This document shows, in pieces, positions 19,453-28,800 of a DNA stretch of 64,000 bases (positions are counted from its first letter, which is position 1; every line of letters starts with the position of its first letter). The stretch comes from Methanobacteriota archaeon (lineage in GTDB: Archaea; Thermoplasmatota; Thermoplasmata; SG8-5; JAGLSY01). Location: NCBI GenBank assembly GCA_020697715.1, contig JAEHCO010000001.1, positions 576,001-640,000 on the forward strand, in the 5' to 3' direction. The position numbers and the translations under genes were made by a program. The notes under the pieces are model-generated. The model was not told the DNA's origin, did not search any database, and saw nothing but the letters and a program-made list of their open reading frames with translations.

Positions 19453-20589
19453 ATGGCTGGCATAACAATTCATGGTGTAATCGGTCTTTTAGTAATAGTT
19501 TATGTGATATTAGCTTTCATTTTTGATTTTGCCAGGAAGAAATCCAAATCCCTTGATGAAAAACTGAACAATATATCACCATCAAAACTCGTGCCAGACA
19601 AGATAAAATGGTGGTTCATGGCCTTATTCGCGATAGCCAACATATTCCTTTATCTTTATTGCTGGATATGCAAGATAACGGAGAATGATGGAGGCGACGA
19701 CGCCCTCTATCTTGATTTTATCTTCCGTGATCTTCTTGGAATATTGCCATGGTTCGTCTGGGGTTGTATCCTTGCTGGTGTGGTTATGAAATACCTCAAG
19801 CTCGGAAGACTAAGACTCCCAAGCACGATGATGGGTGCCGGTTTGTTCGCATCCATATTACCAATATGCTCCTGTGCCGCAGTACCAATGGCACATGGTA
19901 TGATGTTGGGCAAGCAGATGAGAGTTCGAGCCATTATCACCTTTTTGATAGTCGTACCGGTACTGAGCCCAGTGGTCTACATACTTGCTATTGGGGAGCA
20001 GATGTATGTCTATCTCATTGTGGAGATAATCGCAGTTTTCGTATTGGCTATCCTTACAGGTATGTTCGTCGAGCGCTTTGCAGGTAAAAAAGAAGCTGGT
20101 GATCAGCGATCTGGCTGCTATTCCTGTGATGGATGCAAATCAGTAGAAATGGGCAAAGGAAATGAATCCGCTCTTTTGGCATCATGGGACCATTTCATGT
20201 ACCTGTTGAAATACATATTATTTGGTATAATCATAGGTGCGGCCATCGCGACCTTCGCAGAACCAAGCCATTTGGCAGATCTATTTGGAAGCCAGACTGA
20301 TTTCTATGGCAGCATACCAGGGCTTGTTCTGATAGTCTGCATAGCTATCCCGATATTCATTTGCTCTGGCGAGGAAGTGCTCATACTGGCTCCTCTTTTG
20401 GCCCTGGGACTTCCATTGGGTCACGCAGTGGCCTTCGCGATCGCAGGTAATGCGATCTGCATAACCGCAGCCCCGGTATTGAATGCCACCTTTGGTAAGA
20501 AAGTGACAGTGCTGTTGTTCGCCGCTTTCTTCGTAGGCTCTATAGCGATCGGGCTGACGATCAATGGTATCATTTGGATGGTTGGTTGA
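19453..20589 (+). CDS. Predicted permease, ArsP/DUF318 family
   Basis: Multi-TM protein with two homologous halves carrying LPICSCAAVP and PIFICSGEE motifs, and a Cys-rich loop CYSCDGC; GGAG SD upstream. Confidence 0.75.
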   Translation: MAGITIHGVIGLLVIVYVILAFIFDFARKKSKSLDEKLNNISPSKLVPDKIKWWFMALFAIANIFLYLYCWICKITENDGGDDALYLDFIFRDLLGILPWFVWGCILAGVVMKYLKLGRLRLPSTMMGAGLFASILPICSCAAVPMAHGMMLGKQMRVRAIITFLIVVPVLSPVVYILAIGEQMYVYLIVEIIAVFVLAILTGMFVERFAGKKEAGDQRSGCYSCDGCKSVEMGKGNESALLASWDHFMYLLKYILFGIIIGAAIATFAEPSHLADLFGSQTDFYGSIPGLVLIVCIAIPIFICSGEEVLILAPLLALGLPLGHAVAFAIAGNAICITAAPVLNATFGKKVTVLLFAAFFVGSIAIGLTINGIIWMVG

Positions 20590-20725
20590 TGATGAAGATA
20601 TGAAATATGAAAAGCCAGTAGATAAGCTATTCATCATTGTATCTTCAGTGAAGACGGCCTAATACATTGTAATTATAATGAGTATGACGTAGCTATGATG
20701 ATGTACAGGTATGGATCATACTTAC

Positions 20726-22894
20726 TTACCGCTCATCAATCTTGGTATCAGCTTGCTGTTCAACGAGCTCGGCGTCTTCTTTCCGCTTACCGATCTCCTC
20801 TTCTGGCTTGCTGGTGTTTGAGCGCGGCTTTACCATATATAGAACACCCACACCACCTGCAATAATGAAAATTATGAAAGTGATAAATGTAGAGGTCCAG
20901 GCAATTTCATCATCGTCTATACCCGCCTCTCCTGGAGTGAAGCTGTCGGCTGTGGAATTTGTGTCAGAGCTATCATCCGATGTGCTGTTGGTGTCGTCTG
21001 AAGTGGTGTTATCAGAATCGTCGGTATCATTACGTACGATCTGATATGGAATAGCGGTCAGTACATCTGAAATATCTCCTTCTCCGATTGCATTCATTGC
21101 GCTAACTGCATAATAATAGGTCAAATCGTTGGTAAGGCCCAGGTCTACATACGTAAGTACTATGGGTAATGAGAATTTTGTGAGATTGTCCATAGAATCG
21201 CCCTTGTATATGTAATAGCCAGATATCTTAAGGCCACCATTATATGATGGGGGCAGCCAATCCAAATAGACAAGGCCGTTTCCAGTCTCGACAGTGAAAT
21301 TTATTGGGGCCATGGGCGCGGTGAAGTTGTTTGGCATTGCCTCAAATATGCTTGAGTGGTAGCTCTCTCCAATGGTATTGACAGCAGTCACTGAGTAATG
21401 ATAGGTCTGGCTGTTGACAAGACCTGTATCCATGAACTCAGTAATGTTACCACTCACATTTGCCACAAGGCTTCGATTGTCGACTTCAAAGCCCCGGTAT
21501 ATTGAATAATGAAGTAATTGGGAATTGCCATTGGTCTTTGGAGATGACCACGACAAGGCAATATAAGCATCGCCTGCCTTTCCTTCAAGGTTCTCTGGTT
21601 TTGATGGAGGGGTTGGTATGGCTCCAGTTTCTGCTATCACCTCATTGGACAATGAACTTTCCCCCATAACGTTCACTGAAGATATCCAATAATAGTAAGT
21701 GGTTTGGTTCTGGACAGTTGTGTCGTTGTAGCTATTGGCTACCCCAAGTGCTTTTAGAAATGCGGGAGCGTTAATGTCCTGGCTTCGATATATATTGTAG
21801 CCAGTAATAGCAGCGCCACCGTCGTCAAGCGGATTCTCCCAATATAACGTCACAGAGTCATACCCCGCTATGGCCTCGATATTAGTTGGTGGCTTAGGAG
21901 TTGACATAGGTACTGCCTCCACTTCTGAAGAGGATGGCCCTTCTCCAACAGCATTGATGGCTGTCACGGTATAGAAATAGCTTTGACCATTCTCGACACC
22001 CACGTCCTTGAAAGTGAGAACATCGCCAACAGTGGTCAGATAGGATAGGGCTCCAGATGCTGTCCCCCTCATTATCTTGTAATTGGTGATCTCCTTTCCA
22101 CCATCTTCAATTGGCTCCTTCCATGTGAGGTTGATATGTTCATCTCCAGCTTCACAAGTAAGGTTGGTAGGCGCATCTGGAGGATCGTACACAAGTTCTT
22201 CTGTGATCACACTGACCGATTGAAAATAAGTGGGGTAAGTACAATATGGAAAGCTCTCATAAGTCAAGAATCCTATCTCCAAATAATTCAATCCATTATC
22301 TTTAGGTGTTGCAGTGTGTTTTAATTTCCCATCTATATAGAATTCCAGGTCTGTTGAGGTCCTCACCAGGCTCAATGGCTTGTCTATGAAAACAGAATAG
22401 GTGGAGCTGGCCCCGGTTGAGAATATCAGGTCACCATCACTATCTCCGTTCAGGTATATCCAGGCCTTATTGTCCGCTACCGATGAGTCTATCCAACCAA
22501 ATGAATAAATTTGATTGTCCATTGAATCAAATAATCTGACCTCAACTCGAGCTAGATTGTCTGGAGATGTTTCTGCAATGCACTTGATGACTGCGGTTAT
22601 ATTGAAATTCCCAGTAAGTGATAGGTTCGTCCTCAGGTATGGGCCATGCCAGCCATTAGCATACTCTGGATCCGCTGTGAAGGACACGGCCGTTAAATAA
22701 GAGTCATCGTCCACGACCAATGCTCCATAGCCTCCTTTTGTCCATCTAGCATCCCATAGGGATCCACCACCATCAAAATTATCGATCCAACTCTCTGCCT
22801 CAACCTCATTTGGAAATACAATAATAGCAGTAAGAAGAAATAATGCAAGGCTTAAGGCCAATGTACTTTTTCCTAAATGGATCTTTTCAATCAT
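20726..22894 (-). CDS. Membrane-anchored surface protein with an N-terminal beta-sandwich (lectin-like) domain and four FN3 repeats
   Basis: Four repeats of P.AP.NL....GD..I.L.W..P..DGG..I..Y.IYR...YYY.V.A.N..GE, then a Ser/Thr/Asp linker and a TM helix. Confidence 0.88.
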   Translation of the reverse strand: MIEKIHLGKSTLALSLALFLLTAIIVFPNEVEAESWIDNFDGGGSLWDARWTKGGYGALVVDDDSYLTAVSFTADPEYANGWHGPYLRTNLSLTGNFNITAVIKCIAETSPDNLARVEVRLFDSMDNQIYSFGWIDSSVADNKAWIYLNGDSDGDLIFSTGASSTYSVFIDKPLSLVRTSTDLEFYIDGKLKHTATPKDNGLNYLEIGFLTYESFPYCTYPTYFQSVSVITEELVYDPPDAPTNLTCEAGDEHINLTWKEPIEDGGKEITNYKIMRGTASGALSYLTTVGDVLTFKDVGVENGQSYFYTVTAINAVGEGPSSSEVEAVPMSTPKPPTNIEAIAGYDSVTLYWENPLDDGGAAITGYNIYRSQDINAPAFLKALGVANSYNDTTVQNQTTYYYWISSVNVMGESSLSNEVIAETGAIPTPPSKPENLEGKAGDAYIALSWSSPKTNGNSQLLHYSIYRGFEVDNRSLVANVSGNITEFMDTGLVNSQTYHYSVTAVNTIGESYHSSIFEAMPNNFTAPMAPINFTVETGNGLVYLDWLPPSYNGGLKISGYYIYKGDSMDNLTKFSLPIVLTYVDLGLTNDLTYYYAVSAMNAIGEGDISDVLTAIPYQIVRNDTDDSDNTTSDDTNSTSDDSSDTNSTADSFTPGEAGIDDDEIAWTSTFITFIIFIIAGGVGVLYMVKPRSNTSKPEEEIGKRKEDAELVEQQADTKIDER

Positions 22895-23033
22895 GATATT
22901 ACCTTAACTATACCATGTAAAATATCAACATTACCTACTTAATTCCTTCGCCTCATCATATATATCCCATTTGCAGACCAAATATGCCAAAATCAAAATA
23001 TACAATATCCGCTTGCTATGTTGAAGTGATATC

Positions 23034-24389
23034 ATGCCGAAAGTCGTAGTTGTAGGAATGGGATATGTAGGTATACCAGCCGCCGCTCTCTTTGCCGATG
23101 CAGAAGGATTCGATGTTGTTGGAGTCCAGCGAAGATCAAAGCGTTCTGGATGGAAGATCGATATGCTCAATGAGGGTAAGAACCCTATTGGGGGAGATGA
23201 GCCAGGCCTTGATGACCTTGTCAACAGGGTGGTTAAGGAAAAAGGCACTTTCAGTGTGACCGATGACATATCCACATGCAATGATGCTGATGCCATACTT
23301 CTTGATGTCCAGACGCCGACAGACGCGGACCGTGTCCCAAGGTATGAATCATTGAGAGAGGTCTGCCACAATGTGGGTGAGCACATGAAAAAAGGTGTGC
23401 TGGTGGTCATAGAATCCACTGTCGCCCCTGGTACGACCGTCAACATAGCCCAGCCAATTCTCGAAAAAGCCTCTGGTATGAAGGCAGGCGAGGATTTCTA
23501 TCTGGCCTTTTCATATGAAAGGGTGATGGTCGGCAGGCTTATCCATAATATCGTGAACCTTCCCCGTATTTGTGGAGGAATTGATGATAAAAGCACTGAA
23601 CTGGCTGTCGATCTTTATTCCAATATCGTCAAGGCCGAGCTACATCCTACAGATTCCCTCACAGCGGAGATATCCAAGGTGGTGGAGAACACCTACCGTG
23701 ATGTGAACATCGCGTTCGCCAATGAAGTAGCCTTAATTTGCGAATCACTGGGCGCCGATTGCTTCGAGGTAAGGAAGCTGGTCAACACATTGCCCAATGA
23801 TCCCAGTAATCCTGCTGCCAATCCGGTAAGGAACATGCATTTCCCAGGAGCTGGAGTGGGAGGGCATTGCCTGCCAAAGGATCCATGGCTTCTGAAATAT
23901 GGCCTGGATGAATACGGCACAAAGGCTGTCAATCCCGAGATAATAGTCAATAGCAGATTATTGAACGACCGCATGCCCATCCACACTGTGGACGTGCTTG
24001 AATCAGCAATGACCAAGTCCAATATCGAGTTAAAAGGCTCGAAGATCGCGGTACTGGGTGTGGCTTTCCTTGAGAATTCCGATGATACTCGAAACACTCC
24101 TTCTCTCACAATATATGACGAGCTCGTAGAACGAGGAGCTGAGCCAATGCTCCATGACCCACTTGTGCGTGAGTTCGATAGGCCATTCTCCGATGATCTG
24201 GATGCAGTTTTGAAAGATGCGAAGGCCCTGGTGCTTGTGACCAGCCATAGGGAATATGCGAATATTGATCTTCAGGACCTGAAGACCAAAATGCAAGGTA
24301 ATGTCATGATCGATGGCCGTAATTTCCTCTCGGAGGCAAAAGCAAAGGAAGCGGGCTTCGAGTACAGATGCATTGGAAAAGGAAAATAA
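23034..24389 (+). CDS. Nucleotide-sugar dehydrogenase (UDP-ManNAc/UDP-GlcNAc dehydrogenase, WecC-like)
   Basis: GMGYVG Rossmann motif, ESTVAPGTT, KVVENTYRDVNIAFANE, catalytic GVGGHCLPKDP. Confidence 0.92.
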   Translation: MPKVVVVGMGYVGIPAAALFADAEGFDVVGVQRRSKRSGWKIDMLNEGKNPIGGDEPGLDDLVNRVVKEKGTFSVTDDISTCNDADAILLDVQTPTDADRVPRYESLREVCHNVGEHMKKGVLVVIESTVAPGTTVNIAQPILEKASGMKAGEDFYLAFSYERVMVGRLIHNIVNLPRICGGIDDKSTELAVDLYSNIVKAELHPTDSLTAEISKVVENTYRDVNIAFANEVALICESLGADCFEVRKLVNTLPNDPSNPAANPVRNMHFPGAGVGGHCLPKDPWLLKYGLDEYGTKAVNPEIIVNSRLLNDRMPIHTVDVLESAMTKSNIELKGSKIAVLGVAFLENSDDTRNTPSLTIYDELVERGAEPMLHDPLVREFDRPFSDDLDAVLKDAKALVLVTSHREYANIDLQDLKTKMQGNVMIDGRNFLSEAKAKEAGFEYRCIGKGK

Positions 24390-24482
24390 GCACAGACCGG
24401 TCGATCATTATTGACATGAGCTTCGATAATAGCCCATGGTCTATGGTTGCTAATATCCAGAACCCAAATGAATTGATAGTTC

Positions 24483-25703
24483 TCACATTAAACAGAGTAA
24501 GGCGAAAACCTTCGCATCACTTATGAGATTCTCTATCTTGATATACTCATTTGGCTCATGCGCCATCTCTTCATTCGTGGACCAGACCGCGGCTGGATAA
24601 CCAGCCTCTCTGAAGATCGCGGCACAAGTACCGCCACCGATACCAACTGGCTTCGCATCCACTCCCATGACCGTCTTGATCGCACTCTGAAGATTGACAA
24701 CTATACTCGAATCAATTGGCGTGGCCGGAGGGGCGATAGATGAGCTAATCTCGATAATATCGATACTGGCTCCGGTCTCGATCTCTATCCTCGTTGCCAC
24801 ATTCTTCATGAATTCCAATATCTCATTCAGATCCTCTCTTGGGAGTATTCTGCAATCCATGTAGAAGACATCGTCTCCAGGAATTGTATTGATATTGGGA
24901 ACATTCGCCTCTCTTTTCGTGGCCTCGAAAGTCGATATGGGTGGTCCGAACATCGGATCCTCATTAGCGTAATGCTCGTAAAGCTCATTGGAAACTCGAT
25001 CTATGAAGGTGGAAGCCACTCTGAAGGCATTGATCCCCTTGTTCGGGCGACTGGCATGCACTTGCTTTCCCTTTGTTATGACCTTCAATTGAAGATGGGA
25101 CTTCTCCACGACCTCGATAACACTCCCATCTGGAAGTCCATAATCAGGAACAAGAAGCAGGTCATCTGGTGTGAACAATTTCTGTTTCACAAGGTACTGG
25201 ATACCGTATTTGCTTCCGACCTCTTCATCGGCCACGAAAGCTAATTTGACAGTTCTTTTTGGCTTCATGCCTTTATCCAGTATCGCCTTCACCGCGTATA
25301 GAGAAGCGATCAAAGCCTGGCCATTATCCTCCACACCTCTTCCGAAGAGCTTTCCATCTTTTTGTATCGGATTGAAGGGTTCGGTATCCCATTTTCCCAG
25401 ATCCCCGGTCGGAACAACATCCATGTGGGAGATCATCCAGAGCGGAGGAAGATCCGGTTCCGAGCCTTCTATGGTGGCCACGATATTTGGACGATAGCCA
25501 GCAGACACTCTCCTGTCTTCAGCTTTATAGACCTCGATATCCGTGATCCCGTTCTCTTTCAGGAGGTCGACAAGGAAAGAAGCTCTTTTAGCCTCCCCGT
25601 CACCATCACTATCTGGAGCGATGGCCGGTATCCTGCACATGTTAGAAAGGGCAGCGACCATTTCACCTTCAAGGTTCTCAACAGCTTTTAGAATATCATC
25701 CAC
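24483..25703 (-). CDS. M20 family metallo-hydrolase (DapE/ArgE-like)
   Basis: SHMDVVP, GRGVEDNG, DEEVGS, AHEPNEY motifs. Start moved to GTG 25703, which lies 5 nt after an AGGTGA SD. Confidence 0.9.
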   Translation of the reverse strand: MDDILKAVENLEGEMVAALSNMCRIPAIAPDSDGDGEAKRASFLVDLLKENGITDIEVYKAEDRRVSAGYRPNIVATIEGSEPDLPPLWMISHMDVVPTGDLGKWDTEPFNPIQKDGKLFGRGVEDNGQALIASLYAVKAILDKGMKPKRTVKLAFVADEEVGSKYGIQYLVKQKLFTPDDLLLVPDYGLPDGSVIEVVEKSHLQLKVITKGKQVHASRPNKGINAFRVASTFIDRVSNELYEHYANEDPMFGPPISTFEATKREANVPNINTIPGDDVFYMDCRILPREDLNEILEFMKNVATRIEIETGASIDIIEISSSIAPPATPIDSSIVVNLQSAIKTVMGVDAKPVGIGGGTCAAIFREAGYPAAVWSTNEEMAHEPNEYIKIENLISDAKVFALLCLM

Positions 25704-25821
25704 TAGTATCACCTATTGGGTCGGTGAATGAAAGCCAGTTGAAATAATTTTTCCCTGGAAAATATCAGGCTCAATACAAAGTTTCCTCAAAATATTTAGA
25801 GTTTGAAGATCAAAGAATAGA

Positions 25822-28800
25822 TTAATTAAATTCACGGCCAGATGTCTTATCATACCAGTCCATGATCTCATCTTCACTTATGGCACCCTCCTTCTCTTTG
25901 ATGGTCATCCGCCGCCCTATATCGATGGCGTAATCACGGATCATGTCCCATCCCTCTTCCTGGCCTCTGTATTCTCCGACCAGGAGCTCGGTCCTTCTCA
26001 TATTCGCTCTGAAGACCCCGACAATGGCCCCTCCAGATATCACGATGAAGCACGACCCGAATCCGAATTTCTTCCTAGTGAAGGGCATGAGGTAGGTGGA
26101 TAATCTATCATAGGCAGATGGTGCGAGAATGATATTCACATCATGCGGTTCCATGGGCAATTTGGGTACATCTTCTTTGACCAGCCAGTATAGTAAATTA
26201 TCATCCTCCGATATGTAACCTTTCACTAATTTCCCCTGCTTTTCGAATTTGCTCAGAGCCCTCCTTATCTCTCCCATTTTATACTCGCTCTTGGTGTACA
26301 AGGAGAGGTTCTCGGCACTGAATATTCCGAAGGAATCGATGATAAGCCAGAGTACTTCCTCTCTGCCTTTTTCCTGGCTGTAATTTGTCATCGGAGATAG
26401 ATAATGTAAATTTCTTTTCCCTCTAAGAACATGAAGACCTTTGATAAGACGGTTGAGAGCTTCCACCCCATTTTCATAGCTAAGTGGGACTGCTTCGATG
26501 AGCTGGTTCCGTTTCATTTTATGCTCCCTATCCAGTATACCGACGATATAGCTCATTTCCCGATCGACCTCCACACCCTTGGCTGCCTTGTACATGGCCA
26601 ATTCATCAGGGAGAACGAAGGTCAGGTACTCGGGAATGACCTGACCTCTCTCCACCATGTCGTCCTTCAGCATCTGTTTTAGATCCATGGCATCATCCAC
26701 TCTTAGCGCGGCCTCGTGATCGGATTTGAACCCTCCCAATTTAATAAGGCCAGTCTCCATATCCTCGAAGTGTCTTTCAGGCAATATATGTTGTTTCCAT
26801 AGAAGGTATGAAACAACATTTTCATCGGTGAGTGTGAGATCGACCACGTCACCTTTCAATAGCCAGTTGCGTGATCTGAAGTACCCGGCCTTTTCGAATA
26901 CCTTGATATATTTCTTGTCCATTTCAACTACACTCTCTCTAAAGGCTCCCGTGATCCTGATGACTTCATGATAATTACGCTTGTAGAATTCTGAAAAATC
27001 ATCAATGGCCTTCAGGACATCTGGCAGGTCGTCTGGATCGTCGAGATCGAGTTCCCGGATCTCGAGACACCCGCTCATCTCCCACATCTCCATCATACCT
27101 ATGAGCTTCGAGCCGCGGAAGATGGTGTAATACCAGGCATCCCCATACTTCATCCTTATCTCATTCTTGTGATGGAAGGTGGATGGGTCGAATATGGTCA
27201 AGATACGGACGGCTTCCTTCACCTGCTTATAGCCTTTTCCTCCTCCACTACGAAGGCTCTTCACTTCCTTTTCCCAGATATAGAGCTTCTGCCCCTCGCT
27301 ACCTATGACGGAGACCTCGGCCAGCTTTCCTGTTTTTCTTAGTTCCAGCAAATAATTCCTTATCTCATCCCGTCTCATACCGGCGGATCTGGCAAGGTCG
27401 TACATGGATACTGGTCCGTAAGCGGATATCAACTTTTTCAATAGCCATGCCTTGCCATCGACAGAAGATCGCTTGCTGCCCAGCTTGTAATATTTATTCC
27501 TGGTCGCCCATGATTCGTAATTGGGGTTGAAACCGGTCCTATCTGCTGGTTTCCTCGCTATATGCATGTTCCGATCCAGTTTTTCCACAATGGGCTTGAG
27601 CGCGTCCTTCGGGATCTCCGAGATCTCATGTATCTTGATTATGTCCGCCCCTGGATTATCGGATATGATCTTCAGTATCTGCTTGTCCACCTTGCCCAAT
27701 TCCTCCTTTCTGAAGGCATTGATGAACTTCGGCGCATCCTGTTTTCTGACAAAGCAAACACTTCCATCCCAGAACCTTCCTTGAAGGACATCTCCGCTTC
27801 TTCTTTTCTCACCCCAATCCTCGATGCCCTCCAGCCCCATCCTGGTAACGACATCATTGAGCATCCCGACACTTCCATACCTTTCAAAGAAATCATCAAT
27901 GTTCTTGAATCCATTGAAATGCTTCCAGGTGCGGTAATTGCTCAATTCCGATGGTGAGATGGTGATCTCCTCGCCCGTGCTCTTAAGATCTGAATAATCC
28001 TGTGCCAGCATGTACTGGACATAGGGTTCTGTGAAGGACTTCGCCATAACTTCCACTTCGGATTGCATACTTTCCAATACACCTTCCAGCACCTCTTCCG
28101 GGAGGCGCATTTCGAAGGACAGTTCCTCAATTGACAAGGGTGCGAAAAGATCCAGATGGTTCATCACGCGATCTTTCAGATACTTCTCGCCTTCTGGAGC
28201 AGGTTCTACCACCAATTCCCCCCAGAGTCCGAAGCCTTTTCCATCCATCTGGGTCTTGGCCGTGAGATATCTCCTTTCGAGAGAGTTCAATACCTTTCTC
28301 GTACTCGCATTGTCCCATTCGATCCCGTCCATGGCTTCTAGTTTATTGGATATGATCCTTGTGGAGATGGGCTTTTTCGCATCAGCCATTATGTCCATCA
28401 CCTTCTGACCATCCTGTGTTATTTCATCATCCGATCTGTAAATCGAAGCATAGCTGGCTGCTATATCTGACGGTATCCAGAGGCTTCTCCCAGCCCATAT
28501 CGAATGAACTTCTCCATCATTGACCAGTTCCTTGCACCATTCTGCCAAGATATCGGCCTCGACATCGGAGAAATCATAGATGCTCCTGTCCTTTCTCTGG
28601 AACAATTCCATGGGGCCAGTCATTCGCATAAGTGGAATTATATCATCTTTTTTCCTCACATGCATATCCAGTAATTTGCCAGCAAAATGCTCCTTAACAA
28701 CAGATGTTTTGAACTCGGGCTTTATCGATCCAGCTCCCCCGATCCTATCAAGAACCTTTCTATGCATTTCTTTGAGCAATGCACTTCGATCATGCATCAG

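Noticed and set aside
20587-20720. TGA TGA TGA after the permease as Sec readthrough; nearby 20-codon ORF; ATGATGA as a C box
   Set aside because: Three consecutive stops with no SECIS-like element; the ORF is too short to support; no suitably placed CTGA D box.
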